Shown in pieces: positions 8,243-18,716 of a stretch of DNA of 64,000 bases; position 1 is the first letter of the stretch, and every line of letters begins with the position of its first letter. This stretch comes from Candidatus Thermosaccharophagus yellowstonensis (GTDB lineage: Bacteria; Armatimonadota; Fervidibacteria; Fervidibacterales; Thermosaccharophagaceae): assembly GCA_041537945.1 (NCBI GenBank), contig JBGOEK010000002.1, positions 136,807 through 200,806 of the forward strand. The letters run 5' to 3'. The position numbers and the translations under genes were made by a program. The notes beneath the pieces are model-generated. The model was given only the letters and a program-made list of their open reading frames with translations. It did not search any database and was not told the origin of the DNA.

Positions 8243-9916
8243 ATGCACAGTGCTATGATGATTTTGGCATCCCGATCCTTTGACTGCTCATCAGCAAAAG
8301 CTATACACAGACGAACAGACGAGGTGTGCAAAGGACAGATGTGCGAACTGCCGAGCAACTCAAATCGTCCTATGCTTGTGATTTTAGCAGTGCTTTTGCT
8401 CAGCGTGCTCTTCATCACCCTCGTCCTATGCCCCACGATACCACTTGGTGTTGTTGGTGAATGGGTGCTTGAGCGAAAGCATGTCCCAATCAAGAGGTGC
8501 ATACCAGCGATCGTCGGCATCGTTTTGTTCATCATCGTCACATGGAGGTGCGCCATAAAGGCGCCGACCACAAGATGCGAACTCATGAGCGCTGTTACGG
8601 CGCTCTTCATCACATCCATATTTGTGCGCTTCTTCGTGCAGTTCATCGAGCCGTTGGGAAGGCACCCGATGGCGCATTCAGCATACACCGCTGTGAGTCC
8701 TATAGCCACATCGTTTTTCATCTCCGCTCGCAATGCGGAGGATGAAGGGTGGCTCAATGTCATACGCAACTACGATGACTTTATGCGCCGCCAACCAGTT
8801 CATTCAGCAACGCATCCGCCGGGCATCCTGTTGCTTTACAGCGTGATCAGAGTGGCAACGAAAAACTCTCACCTGCTTCAAAACATCGCATACGCTGCCA
8901 TCGGCGGGAGGGAGTCGCTCGCCTTCCATGTCACAGCCGTGCGCAAACTCCTCGGCATACAAGTTGAGCCATGGGAGGTCGCTGCCGGCTTCATCAGCTC
9001 ACAGCTCATGCTCCTGCTCGGTGCGCTTACATTGCCATTCATCATCCTCGCTCTAATAGCCCTCAGCTATCCTCGTCCCGATGACCACGACGAGAGCACC
9101 GACAGAAGCGAATTGTGGTGGGTTGTCCCAACGATCTCACTCATCTACTCAACATCCCCTGGGCAGTTTGCGTATGTGGCATCGCCAGACCAGCTGCTCA
9201 CATTCATCTCGGCAGTTGGCTCGGCATGCATCTGCATTTGGGCATGTGTTAAGCGAGCCAAGTCAACGCTCCTTCTCATCGGCGTGCTCGGCTTCGTTGG
9301 GTTGTTCTGTAGCTTCAAATTCGCACCCATCCTTCTGATGTGGGTGCTCCTGATCATCGTTGAAACGATGAGGCAAGCTAACCGACATGGCAACTTGAAG
9401 GTCACATGCGACATCGCCACAGCGCTCGGCTGGTTTGCCATGCCGATGTTTTTGCTTGGATTGCTCCTGCTCATCGCCTTCGGCTTTGATTGGCTCAGCA
9501 CATTCAGCGTGGCAATGCATGCCCACAGTGCTCAAGCTGTTTCATCCGTGCGAACATATTGGAAGTGGGCGATAGTTAACTTGTTTGAGTTCAGCTTCTC
9601 GATCGGTCCTGTGTTGACGGCATCTTTGAAAGCCTGCCTCTGGCACGCAATCTCTTCGAGGGCGAAATCAACTGGCGAAAGGATGCTCATCATGTGCGTC
9701 GCTATCATAATGTTGATGGACATACTTGGCATAGTGCGTGGTGAGGTCTCACGCATCTGGCTTCCGTTCACGCCACCGTTGGCGATCGGGATAGCGGCGA
9801 ACAAATGCTTCCGAAGCTTAAAGCGCTTGCGCGCATCGTTCACATTGCTCTCGCTTTCTCAAGCAGTCACAGCCATTTTTGTGAGGGCGTTCGTTGATGC
9901 CGTTAGAGCATGGTGA
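8243..9916 (+). CDS. polytopic integral membrane protein, function unknown
   Basis: Long ORF with many hydrophobic helices along its whole length and no motif I can name. The start is ambiguous (ATG 8243 or ATG 8339). Confidence 0.6.
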   Translation: MHSAMMILASRSFDCSSAKAIHRRTDEVCKGQMCELPSNSNRPMLVILAVLLLSVLFITLVLCPTIPLGVVGEWVLERKHVPIKRCIPAIVGIVLFIIVTWRCAIKAPTTRCELMSAVTALFITSIFVRFFVQFIEPLGRHPMAHSAYTAVSPIATSFFISARNAEDEGWLNVIRNYDDFMRRQPVHSATHPPGILLLYSVIRVATKNSHLLQNIAYAAIGGRESLAFHVTAVRKLLGIQVEPWEVAAGFISSQLMLLLGALTLPFIILALIALSYPRPDDHDESTDRSELWWVVPTISLIYSTSPGQFAYVASPDQLLTFISAVGSACICIWACVKRAKSTLLLIGVLGFVGLFCSFKFAPILLMWVLLIIVETMRQANRHGNLKVTCDIATALGWFAMPMFLLGLLLLIAFGFDWLSTFSVAMHAHSAQAVSSVRTYWKWAIVNLFEFSFSIGPVLTASLKACLWHAISSRAKSTGERMLIMCVAIIMLMDILGIVRGEVSRIWLPFTPPLAIGIAANKCFRSLKRLRASFTLLSLSQAVTAIFVRAFVDAVRAW

Positions 9917-9949
9917 GCTAACTTTGCTTGGTGGGGGTGTATCAACGCT

Positions 9950-12847
9950 GTGGGAACTCGTTACATAACGATAAAGGGAGCAAGACAGCACAACTTAAAG
10001 AACATCTCGCTGAAGCTACCGAAGGAGAAGCTGATTTGCATAACTGGGATAAGCGGTTCGGGAAAATCATCGCTCGCCTTCGATACCATCTACGCCGAGG
10101 GTGAGAGAAGATATGTTGAGTCGTTATCTGCATACGCACGCCAGTTCCTTGAGCGCATGGATAAGCCAGATGTTGATTTCATTGATGGCTTATCGCCAGC
10201 AATATCGATTGACCAAAGGGCAGCATCTCACAACCCGCGCTCAACAGTGGCTACGGTGACGGAGATTTACGACTACCTTCGTTTACTCTACGCGAGGATT
10301 GGAGTGCCACACTGCCCAAGGTGTGGTCAGCAGATCTCGCGCCAGTCGGTTGACCAAATAGTTGATCATGCTATGTCACTGCCAAAGGGAACAAGGATTT
10401 ATGTGCTCGCACCACTCGTGCGTGGTAGGAAGGGTGAATACAGGCACTTGTTTGAAGAGATAAGGAGGCAGGGCTTCTTGAGGGTCAGGGTGGACGGCGT
10501 CGTGAGAGATGTGAACGAGGAGATCGAGCTTGATAGATACAAGATGCACTGGATTGAAGTTGTGGTTGATAGGCTCGTCATAGACGAGGGTGTTAGAGGC
10601 AGGCTCGCTGACTCAATTGAGACAGCACTAAAGGCTGGTCAGGGCTATGTCATCATCCATCGATTGAGCGACGACGGGAAAGGGACTGACATGATGTTCA
10701 CGGAGCATTTCGCGTGCCCAGATTGCGGGATAAGCATCGGTGAACTTCAGCCACGCAATTTCTCGTTCAACAGCCCATACGGTGCATGCCCACACTGTGG
10801 TGGCTTGGGCTCAATAGCTGAATTTGACCCAGAGCTCGTCATACCAGACCCGAGGCTGTCGATAGCGGAAGGCGCAATCGTGCCATGGAGGAGCTACACA
10901 AGCAATTACAAGCGCGAGATACTCAAAGCAGTCGCCAAAGCATATGGCTTTTCAATCCACACGCCGATAAAGGATTTGACGAAAGAGCAACTTGAGGCAA
11001 TCCTCTACGGGACTGACAGACCAGTCCAAGTCACTTATGTCAACCGATATGGGAGGGTGCGCACAATAACCACATACTTTGAGGGCGTCATAAACAGCCT
11101 CCAACGCGACTACGATGAAGGTGATGACGAACTAAGGGAGCACCTGCGCAGGTTCATGAGCACACATCCATGCCCTAAGTGTAACGGCGCAAGGCTAAAG
11201 CCAGAAAGCCTCGCAGTGAAAATAGACGGATGGAACATAGCTGAGGTTTGCAAACTCACCGTGAGGCAAGCCCTTGACTTCTTTGAAAGGCTGAGGGAGA
11301 AGCTACCAGAGCGACAAAGGGTGATCGCTAACGAGATACTCAAGGAGATATGCAACAGGCTTCGCTTCCTCGTTGATGTCGGCTTGGATTACTTAACGCT
11401 TGATAGGGAAGCATCAACGCTCGCTGGTGGTGAAGCACAAAGGATAAGGTTGGCAACACAAATAGGCTCTGGGCTAACTGGCGTTCTATATGTGCTTGAT
11501 GAGCCAACAATAGGCTTACACCCGAGGGACAACAAAAGGCTTATAAACACCCTCAAGAAATTGAGGGACATGGGAAACACGATAATCGTAGTTGAGCATG
11601 ATGAGGAGGTGATCAGGAGCGCTGACTTCATCGTTGACCTCGGACCAGGAGCAGGTGAACATGGCGGATATGTTGTGGCGACTGGCAAGGTTGAGGACAT
11701 CATAAATTGCAAGGGGTCGCTGACTGGTAAATACTTGAGCGGTGAGCTTAAGATACCGATACCGAAGGAGCGCCGAAAGCCTTCGGATAAGTGGTTGATT
11801 GTCAAAGGCGCAAGGGAGCATAACCTCAAAAACATTGATGTGAGGATACCACTTGGCTTGTTTGTGTGCGTGACTGGGGTTTCAGGCTCTGGAAAGAGCA
11901 CACTCATGATTGATATCGTCTACAACAGGCTCGCATACATCCTACATCGTGCAATAACACGCTGGGGTGACCATGACGAGATAATCGGCGTTGAACATAT
12001 CGACAAGGTGATCAACATTGACCAATCTCCGATAGGTAGGACACCTCGCTCAAACCCTGCAACATACACAGGCGTCTTCACCTACATAAGAGAGCTGTTT
12101 GCGCAGACGAGGGAAGCGAGGGCAAGGGGGTATAAGGCGGGCAGGTTCAGCTTCAATGTCAAAGGCGGTAGGTGCGAAGCATGTCAAGGTAGCGGTGTCA
12201 TAAAGATTGAGATGCACTTCCTGCCAGATGTTTACATCACATGCGATGTGTGCAAAGGCAAAAGATACAACCGAGAGACACTTGAGGTGACATACAAGGG
12301 CAAAAGCATCGCTGATGTGCTTGACATGACGGTTGAAGAGGCGCTCTCTTTCTTTGAGAACATACCGCCAATCAGACAAATATTGCAAACGCTCAATGAT
12401 GTTGGGCTTGGCTACATAAAGCTCGGGCAACCTGCAACGACGCTCTCTGGCGGTGAAGCGCAAAGGGTGAAGCTCGCTGAGGAGCTATCGAGGAAAAGCA
12501 CTGGGAGAACGCTTTACATACTTGATGAGCCAACAGTAGGACTGCACTTCGCTGATGTCCACAAGCTACTTGATGTGCTACATCGCTTGGTTGACGCTGG
12601 AAATACAGTCGTAGTGATTGAGCACAACCTTGAAGTCATAAAGACGGCTGACTGGATAATAGACCTCGGACCTGAAGGTGGCGACAACGGTGGCTACATC
12701 GTAGCTGAAGGACCACCAGAAGCCGTTGCAATGGTTGAGAAATCATATACGGGTCAATTCCTTAGGCGAATACTTGAGAGGGAGGGCAGATTGCAACAAA
12801 GCGACAAGAGAACGAAAAAGGAAATGCATGTTCACGCAGTCGCCTGA
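9950..12847 (+). CDS. uvrA: excinuclease ABC subunit UvrA
   Basis: 965 aa with two ABC modules (GISGSGKSS and GVSGSGKST Walker A, two LSGGE signatures) and CxxC zinc modules. The N-terminus [12 protein letters not shown] is canonical. Confidence 0.97.
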   Translation: MGTRYITIKGARQHNLKNISLKLPKEKLICITGISGSGKSSLAFDTIYAEGERRYVESLSAYARQFLERMDKPDVDFIDGLSPAISIDQRAASHNPRSTVATVTEIYDYLRLLYARIGVPHCPRCGQQISRQSVDQIVDHAMSLPKGTRIYVLAPLVRGRKGEYRHLFEEIRRQGFLRVRVDGVVRDVNEEIELDRYKMHWIEVVVDRLVIDEGVRGRLADSIETALKAGQGYVIIHRLSDDGKGTDMMFTEHFACPDCGISIGELQPRNFSFNSPYGACPHCGGLGSIAEFDPELVIPDPRLSIAEGAIVPWRSYTSNYKREILKAVAKAYGFSIHTPIKDLTKEQLEAILYGTDRPVQVTYVNRYGRVRTITTYFEGVINSLQRDYDEGDDELREHLRRFMSTHPCPKCNGARLKPESLAVKIDGWNIAEVCKLTVRQALDFFERLREKLPERQRVIANEILKEICNRLRFLVDVGLDYLTLDREASTLAGGEAQRIRLATQIGSGLTGVLYVLDEPTIGLHPRDNKRLINTLKKLRDMGNTIIVVEHDEEVIRSADFIVDLGPGAGEHGGYVVATGKVEDIINCKGSLTGKYLSGELKIPIPKERRKPSDKWLIVKGAREHNLKNIDVRIPLGLFVCVTGVSGSGKSTLMIDIVYNRLAYILHRAITRWGDHDEIIGVEHIDKVINIDQSPIGRTPRSNPATYTGVFTYIRELFAQTREARARGYKAGRFSFNVKGGRCEACQGSGVIKIEMHFLPDVYITCDVCKGKRYNRETLEVTYKGKSIADVLDMTVEEALSFFENIPPIRQILQTLNDVGLGYIKLGQPATTLSGGEAQRVKLAEELSRKSTGRTLYILDEPTVGLHFADVHKLLDVLHRLVDAGNTVVVIEHNLEVIKTADWIIDLGPEGGDNGGYIVAEGPPEAVAMVEKSYTGQFLRRILEREGRLQQSDKRTKKEMHVHAVA

Positions 12848-12872
12848 AACTGCTTGTGAGGTGATCCAATGC

Positions 12873-13085
12873 ATGCGCGTCATCTTCAGGGGGAAGATTT
12901 ACGAGTTCGATGAGGAGAAGATGAAGGTGAAGGAATTGCTCAAACGCATGAACCTGTCACCGCTTAGCACGATAGTTGTGCGTGGTAACGACATCTTGAC
13001 GGAGGAGGATGTTTTGAGGCGCGATGATGAGGTGCGCATCATAAGCGCCATCTCTGGAGGAAAAGGCTATGGGCTACATGTGTAA
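12873..13085 (+). CDS. ThiS/MoaD-family ubiquitin-like sulfur carrier (TtuB-like) with a post-GlyGly tail
   Basis: 70 aa: MRVIFRGKIYEF...DDEVRIISAISGG-KGYGLHV. SD GAGGTGA lies 8 nt upstream of ATG 12873. The longer track ORF (12726) would overlap uvrA. Confidence 0.7.
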   Translation: MRVIFRGKIYEFDEEKMKVKELLKRMNLSPLSTIVVRGNDILTEEDVLRRDDEVRIISAISGGKGYGLHV

Positions 13086-14040
13086 GCTTTGCAAGAGAAG
13101 GGCTATCATATACATGCACCAACATAGGCTCGCTTTGTGTGGCGATTGCTATGTCGTTTGGTTTCTCAAGCAGGTGCGACGCTCAATATCGGAGATGAAA
13201 ATGCTCTCCAAAGGCGAGAGGGTGCTCGTGGCAGTCTCGGGTGGCAAGGACAGCCTCAGCCTGTGGCATGCACTGAGCAGGCTCGGCTACGAAACTGAGG
13301 GACTTTACATCGACCTCGGTATTGGGTTTGATGACTACTCCGAGAAGAGCAAGGAATGCGCCATCGAGTTCGCGAGAACGCTCTCACGCCCGCTTCATAT
13401 CGTCTCTGTCAAGGAAACCGTTAGTAAGCCGATCCCTGCGCTTGTGCGCGGGAGCGAGCGTTCGCCATGTTCGGTTTGCGGTCTCGTGAAGCGATACATC
13501 ATGAACAGGTTCGCTGTTGAACAAGGCTTTGACGCACTTGCGACAGGTCACAATCTGGACGACGAAGTTGCCACACTGCTCTCAAACGCACTCCACTGGC
13601 AAGTCGGCTACTTGGCAAGGCAGTCTCCAATACTGCCTGAGAGGGATGGCTTCGTCAGGCGGATAAAGCCACTGTATCGGTTCACCGAGAAGGAGACCGC
13701 AGTTTACGCCATCATCAACGGAATCAAATACATTGAGGATGAATGCCCATACTCAACAGATGCAACGACGATATTCCTAAAGGGCATACTAAACCAAATC
13801 GAGGAGCGAATGCCGGGATCAAAGCTCCAGTTCTACGGCAACTTCCTATCTCGTGCGAGGGCTCTCTTTGAGCGTGAGCAAGCACAGAAGGTGAACTTGC
13901 GACCTTGTTCAATCTGCTCAATGCCATCGGCTGAAGAGGTGTGCGCCTTCTGCAGGACCATCGAAAGAGCTGGTGGAAAGTTCACAGGGCTCAAAGTGAC
14001 AAGGTTGGATGACAGCCAAACCGACAAGGGGCGGGGATGA
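13069..14040 (+). CDS. ttuA: TtuA/NcsA-type tRNA 2-thiolation PP-loop ATPase
   Basis: N-terminal CxxC...CxxC zinc finger (CKLCKRR...CGDC), PP-loop SGGKDS, central CSVCG, and C-terminal CSIC...CAFC. The GGAGGA encoding the carrier's Gly-Gly lies 7 nt upstream of ATG 13069. Confidence 0.8.
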   Translation: MGYMCKLCKRRAIIYMHQHRLALCGDCYVVWFLKQVRRSISEMKMLSKGERVLVAVSGGKDSLSLWHALSRLGYETEGLYIDLGIGFDDYSEKSKECAIEFARTLSRPLHIVSVKETVSKPIPALVRGSERSPCSVCGLVKRYIMNRFAVEQGFDALATGHNLDDEVATLLSNALHWQVGYLARQSPILPERDGFVRRIKPLYRFTEKETAVYAIINGIKYIEDECPYSTDATTIFLKGILNQIEERMPGSKLQFYGNFLSRARALFEREQAQKVNLRPCSICSMPSAEEVCAFCRTIERAGGKFTGLKVTRLDDSQTDKGRG

Positions 14041-14043
14041 AGA

Positions 14044-14679
14044 ATGAGGAATGAAAAAGACGATAGCTCCAAAGAGTTCTCACACTACTTCGTTGAGCAT
14101 CCACAAGTTGAGCATCGCCCAAAGGTGATATATGCACGCCTTAGGGGGAAGGTCTTCTCCTTCCACACAGATAAGGGCGTGTTCGCAAAAGACTATGTTG
14201 ACTTGGGCACGAGACGGCTCATTGAGAAGATGGAACTGCCAGAGGAGGGCGAGATACTCGATTGGGGATGTGGCTATGGTGTCATCGGCATAGTGGTCGC
14301 ATCACTTCGCCCGAAGGCGAATGTGTGGATGGTGGATGTCAACGAGAGAGCAGTTGCGCTCGCCCGCAAAAACGCAAAGGCTTATGGGTTGAAGAATGTG
14401 CACATACTGCATGGTGATGGCTTTCAACCTCTACCGCCAGAGCTTAAGTTTGATGTCATACTCTCAAACCCACCTATGAGGGCTGGGATGAAGGTCATCT
14501 TGGAGATGCTCCAGCAATCATTTGAGCGCCTGAAGACAAACGGCTCTCTTTGGATAGTCGCAAAGACAAGCCAAGGCGCAAAGAGACTCCAACGCATCCT
14601 TCAAGAGATGTTCGGAAACGCAGAAACGGTTGATAGACACGGCGGGTATAGGGTCATAAGGGCTGTAAAGAAGGTTTAG
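14044..14679 (+). CDS. class I SAM-dependent methyltransferase, RsmC/RlmG-type small domain
   Basis: Motif I DWGCGYG, VDVNERAV, and catalytic SNPPMRAG (NPPxxxG). Starts 3 nt after ttuA. Confidence 0.8.
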   Translation: MRNEKDDSSKEFSHYFVEHPQVEHRPKVIYARLRGKVFSFHTDKGVFAKDYVDLGTRRLIEKMELPEEGEILDWGCGYGVIGIVVASLRPKANVWMVDVNERAVALARKNAKAYGLKNVHILHGDGFQPLPPELKFDVILSNPPMRAGMKVILEMLQQSFERLKTNGSLWIVAKTSQGAKRLQRILQEMFGNAETVDRHGGYRVIRAVKKV

Positions 14680-14789
14680 CATACCTATCGCACTTTACAA
14701 TCGCCGCTAAATGCGATAGAACTTCCGATGTAAAACCTTGCTCGCTTGCCTCAAACGAGCGGTGGTGGAGCGGTTAGGAGGGGAAGGGA

Positions 14790-15461
14790 ATGCATTACAA
14801 CCTACCACCTCTTGAGGAGCCAACACAACATGGCGGATGGTTCAACTCGTTGATTCGCACTTGGGTCGAAGCATGCTTCCACCCGATTGATTTCTTCAAC
14901 TCGGTTGGCAGAAGCGACAGGCTACATGAGCCACTGATATTCGGCTCAATAGTTGGCTGGCTAAGTGGCTTTGCGACTGCTCTCGTCTCGTTTGCCTTTC
15001 GCCTGCCACTCCTTGCCCTCCTGCTGGCTATGGGTGGTGAGGGAACTGCGCAAACAGCTTTTAGCGTCTTCTCAGAAGCTGTGTGGGTTTTCATCATGTT
15101 ACTGTTTGGGTGGCTCTTTGCTCTCGTCGGTATCCTCGTCAGCTCTGTGATACTTCACATCTTCCTCTTCATCGTTGGCGGTGCTAAGAAGGGTTTGGTG
15201 ATGACGATCAGGACGATGGGCTATGCGTGTGCTGCAAATGTTTTTTCAATTGTGCCCCTCATAGGTGGGGTTGTAGCATTTATCTACTGTCTTGTCTTGG
15301 AGATAATCGGGCTTGCACGCTCACATGAAGTTGAATACTGGCGCTCTGCATTAGCTGTCTTTCTCCCAATCATACTCGTTTGCTGTTGTGTCTTCTCTTC
15401 GCTCGCTTACCTTGTAGCGATACTGGGCGCTCTCGCAGGCAAGCAAACATACTCGCTTTAA
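14790..15461 (+). CDS. Yip1-domain-like membrane protein
   Basis: 223 aa with a soluble N-terminus followed by about five TM helices. The architecture resembles the Yip1 family; the family call is from memory. Confidence 0.5.
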   Translation: MHYNLPPLEEPTQHGGWFNSLIRTWVEACFHPIDFFNSVGRSDRLHEPLIFGSIVGWLSGFATALVSFAFRLPLLALLLAMGGEGTAQTAFSVFSEAVWVFIMLLFGWLFALVGILVSSVILHIFLFIVGGAKKGLVMTIRTMGYACAANVFSIVPLIGGVVAFIYCLVLEIIGLARSHEVEYWRSALAVFLPIILVCCCVFSSLAYLVAILGALAGKQTYSL

Positions 15462-15557
15462 GTTAAATGGCATGGGACACTAAGAAGGATTTGGCTCATC
15501 AAACGGCTTCATGTTCGCAAACGAAAAATTAACGCCGATAAAGATGGTAGACGCTCA

Positions 15558-16721
15558 ATGAAACGGATCTGCGTCTCATTCATAACAAGCTACGATGTTG
15601 ATTGTGGCATAGCACGCTACAGCGCTGAGCTTATATCGGAACTGCGCAAGTTCATTGACATCTTCGTCGTTCCATTTGGTCCTCAGGTGTGGGAGCGCTT
15701 GCGCCTCCCGAGCGACAGACGAGCACAACGCAAGAGCGCAGTTGAAGTTGCAATGGTTGCATCGCTTGCTGACTTGGTTCACATACAGTTTCAACCGCAA
15801 CTCTTCGGTGGCATGCACCCAATGAAGTGCACACTGCCCATCCTGCTCGAGCGCTTGAGCAAGCCAGCGATATTGACTGTGCATGAGCTTGACATCTATG
15901 GCAACTTGGCAACTGCCACACTCAAACTGCTCATCAATGCGTGGTTGCTCAGGCGCAAACCAGTGAAGCGCATCATCGCTCATAACCGCTTCACTGCTCG
16001 CTGGCTTGTAAGGCTCAGTGTTGAGCCGAGGAAAATAAGCATCATTCCGATGTGGGCGCAAAAGCCGAGCTTGCCTAAAGAACTTTCCCAACGGGGCGCT
16101 GTCACAGTTGAGGCAATCTCAGAAGCTAAATTGCAGGCACGCAAAATGCTTGGCTTGAAGTGCAAACATGCGATAGGCATTTTCGGCTTCATAGTCAAAA
16201 GGCGTGGTCACCACCTCTTGCTCAAAGCTCTTGAACCATTCCCAGATGAGACATTGCTCATCATCATTGGCGGAAAACATCCGCTTGACACAACCGGCTA
16301 TTACGAGACGATCATGGAGTGGATAAACAGATGGCGCTTCAAGGACAGGGTTATCACAACTGGTTTCTTGAGCGATGAGAGCTTGCCAATGTGGCTGTGT
16401 GCACTTGACTTCGTTGTAGCTCCCTTCACACACCTGACAGAATCAGCGTCGCTTTTGCGCTGTATCTCCTATGGTCTGCCGATCGTGTGCTCTGACTTGG
16501 AGCCACTGCGTGAGCTACACGAGAGGGCAAATTGCGCACGCTTATTTGCCACTGGCGACATTGCGAGCTTGCGAAAAGCGATACTTGAACTGCTTGAGGA
16601 TGAGGAGTTGCGCATGCGCCTTGCCCAAAACGCTATCGCTTATGCGCACTCATACAATGTTGAGCATGCCACCGCATTGACACTACGAGCCTATGAGGAA
16701 ACTCTCAAGACATGCACATAA
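15558..16721 (+). CDS. glycosyltransferase family 4 (GT-B, group 1)
   Basis: The C-terminal half has the typical E-x7-E-like region: SESASLLRCISYGLPIVCSDLEPLRE. Confidence 0.8.
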   Translation: MKRICVSFITSYDVDCGIARYSAELISELRKFIDIFVVPFGPQVWERLRLPSDRRAQRKSAVEVAMVASLADLVHIQFQPQLFGGMHPMKCTLPILLERLSKPAILTVHELDIYGNLATATLKLLINAWLLRRKPVKRIIAHNRFTARWLVRLSVEPRKISIIPMWAQKPSLPKELSQRGAVTVEAISEAKLQARKMLGLKCKHAIGIFGFIVKRRGHHLLLKALEPFPDETLLIIIGGKHPLDTTGYYETIMEWINRWRFKDRVITTGFLSDESLPMWLCALDFVVAPFTHLTESASLLRCISYGLPIVCSDLEPLRELHERANCARLFATGDIASLRKAILELLEDEELRMRLAQNAIAYAHSYNVEHATALTLRAYEETLKTCT

Positions 16722-16740
16722 AGCACTTTGCAAAGCTACA

Positions 16741-16917
16741 TCACGGTGTTCCGCCTGCAGCGGGCATCTTCTGCATCTGCTCGTAAGTCTCTGGTGTTCC
16801 TTTCGGTGCATACTTTTCTGCAGTCCTCTTACCAGCGACACTCAAATACACGATACTACCGATAGCCAGCACAATCATGACCAAAGCTACAACAGCAATC
16901 CATTTCCTGCCTCCCAT
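16741..16917 (-). CDS. 58-aa single-TM micro-protein downstream of the tandem pseudopilin genes
   Basis: Below the track cutoff. Hand translation: MGGRKWIAVVALVMIVLAIGSIVYLSVAGKRTAEKYAPKGTPETYEQMQKMPAAGGTP. SD GAGGTGA lies 6 nt upstream of ATG 16917. Starts 19 nt after the stop of 16937..17698. Confidence 0.4.
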   Translation of the reverse strand: MGGRKWIAVVALVMIVLAIGSIVYLSVAGKRTAEKYAPKGTPETYEQMQKMPAAGGTP

Positions 16918-16936
16918 TTACATTCACCTCATGCGC

Positions 16937-17698
16937 TTAGTATCCGAGAAGACCCGAAGTGTAAACGCCCCTCCAGAGTATCCAAAGCCTTGTTATCTCT
17001 GGGTCATTTGGCTTTTCCGATGGCGCTGGCAACCTCCTATTACGATCTGCAGTCCAAGGTGGTGGCAGTAGATGCTCAAGCCTATGTGCCTTCACATGCC
17101 CATCTTGATAGAGCACATTTAGCATCTCATTGTGCCTTGGCACTAAGTTACCATTTCCCTGGCAGTAATTGCAGAATGGGTCGTTAAGGAAAGTTTGCCC
17201 ATCGGAGTCAGCAAACGCCATCGTTTGAGCGGGGGCAATTAGCTCTGATTCGCTACGCCCACTTCTCATATTGCTTGGTCCCATACAAAAGCCATAGCTT
17301 GCGCCACCACCACAAGGGACGCCACTTCGTGTGATATTGCATCTCCCGTATGTAAGGTTTGGGGCGCTTGGGCAAACATAAACTTGAACATTTTTGACAT
17401 ACGGGTAAAGCCTGCTCAAGGGTCCTTCATCGGCACGGAAGGGCACACCCTCGTATGCAGGCAAACCACTGTATAGCCCACAACCCCACGGGACAAGCAT
17501 GCTATCGTAGTCAAGCGTATACGCTCTCATCGCTATACCGAGTTGCTTCAAGTTACTTTGACAACTCGCCATCCTCGCCTTCTCCCTTGCCTTTGCAAAC
17601 ACCGGGAACAGGATAGCTGCCAGGATGGCGATTATAGCAATCACCACCAGCAGCTCTATAAGAGTGAAGCCTATCCCTTTTTGCACCTTCTCTTTCAT
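16937..17698 (-). CDS. prepilin-type N-terminal cleavage/methylation domain protein, H-X9-DG (DUF1559) family
   Basis: [37 protein letters not shown]-terminus. [13 protein letters not shown] is the H-X9-DG motif. Confidence 0.9.
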   Translation of the reverse strand: MKEKVQKGIGFTLIELLVVIAIIAILAAILFPVFAKAREKARMASCQSNLKQLGIAMRAYTLDYDSMLVPWGCGLYSGLPAYEGVPFRADEGPLSRLYPYVKNVQVYVCPSAPNLTYGRCNITRSGVPCGGGASYGFCMGPSNMRSGRSESELIAPAQTMAFADSDGQTFLNDPFCNYCQGNGNLVPRHNEMLNVLYQDGHVKAHRLEHLLPPPWTADRNRRLPAPSEKPNDPEITRLWILWRGVYTSGLLGY

Positions 17699-17789
17699 AT
17701 CGCATCACCCCTTGAGCAAATTTGTTTTTGCATTTGCATCCGCCTGACGAGTTTAAATCCTCCAACGCATCACCTCCATTCCTTATGCG

Positions 17790-18479
17790 CTAAGGAGTCA
17801 AGTAGGTGCTCCTATCTGCCCAGAATGTTTTATCCCTGAGCCATTTGACATGTCCGTCAACGAAAGCGTAGTTGCTACCGCCCATATGCGGTGTGAATGC
17901 CTCTCTCTGCTCTGTCACTGCAACATTGCATTTAGTAGGATAGCCACCGGGCGCGAGTGGCCATGCGAAGCGCCAATCAGCGCCCATCGCATGGCATGAG
18001 TCTGCCAACATCACACACATTGAAGGTTGGCGAACTCCTGCTAAATGGACGCCACCTGTCCCACCTAATGGCACTCCAACATGCAAGTTCGGATTCATGC
18101 CATAATAGACAAAGCAAGGGAATGTGCGCCCCCAGTATGTCCACGGTCCTGTAACCCTGTATCTTGGGCAAACATAGAGTTGCTCATTTTTGACATATGG
18201 GAAAATGCCCTGCCACCAAGATACGCCACTCCCTGGCGGGTCTGGGTTCTGACCCCACTGCGGACCGAAGATAGGGAACATCTCGTCGTAATCCTGAATA
18301 TACATGATCACACCTGAAGCCAGCTGTTTGAGGTTAGATTGACAGCTTGAGCTTCTCGCCTTCTCCCTTGCCCTCGCAAACACCGGGAACAGGATAGCTG
18401 CCAGGATGGCGATTATAGCAATCACCACCAGCAGCTCAATGAGCGTAAAACCAAATTTGACTTGCTTCCTCATCTTCAT
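17790..18479 (-). CDS. prepilin-type N-terminal cleavage/methylation domain protein, H-X9-DG (DUF1559) family
   Basis: [43 protein letters not shown]-terminus. [13 protein letters not shown] is the H-X9-DG motif. Confidence 0.9.
   Translation of the reverse strand: MKMRKQVKFGFTLIELLVVIAIIAILAAILFPVFARAREKARSSSCQSNLKQLASGVIMYIQDYDEMFPIFGPQWGQNPDPPGSGVSWWQGIFPYVKNEQLYVCPRYRVTGPWTYWGRTFPCFVYYGMNPNLHVGVPLGGTGGVHLAGVRQPSMCVMLADSCHAMGADWRFAWPLAPGGYPTKCNVAVTEQREAFTPHMGGSNYAFVDGHVKWLRDKTFWADRSTYLTP
18379..18479 (-). repeat. 101-nt block identical to 25215..25315 (5' coding end of pseudopilin paralogs)
   Basis: Hand alignment: the reverse complement of 18379..18479 equals 25215..25315 base for base (atgaagatgaggaagcaagtcaaatttgg...ctgttcccggtgtt). 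An inner 59-nt core (gagctgctggtggtgattgctataatcgccatcctggcagctatcctgttcccggtgtt) is also identical in the 16937..17698 gene. Confidence 0.8.
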
Positions 18480-18592
18480 CTCGCATCGCCTCCTTCAAAC
18501 GAGTTTGCCTTTCACATTATCCAGCTTTACAGCCTCCCAAATCTTTCCCTCATCACCTCCTTCACAATCATTCGCTTTCGCTCCCACAATTA

Positions 18593-18620
18593 AGTGTAGC
18601 AAAAAAAAGCCATCCGTCAA
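18593..18620 (-). promoter_or_regulatory. candidate promoter of the tandem pseudopilin operon (paralog of the promoter at 25072..25098)
   Basis: Minus strand reads TTGACG-gatggcttttttttgc-TACACT (16-nt spacer with a T8 run, TGC before the -10). This is almost the same layout as 25072..25098. A leader of about 110 nt follows. Confidence 0.5.
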
Positions 18621-18716
18621 TACCCCGTTCAAGTCCGTTGAGACAATGGATTTGTGTGTATCTTTTCGTGGTTAAAGTTGTGCCTGCGAAGTTGAGGTTA
18701 AGCGTTATCCTGAGAT

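Noticed and set aside
12726-12872. N-terminal extension of the ThiS-like ORF
   Set aside because: It overlaps the uvrA 3' end in another frame. ATG 12873 has a proper SD and gives the canonical carrier length of about 70 aa.
16693-17187. 164-aa plus-strand ORF
   Set aside because: It is antisense to the pseudopilin gene 16937..17698 and to the 58-aa micro-ORF, and has no motifs.
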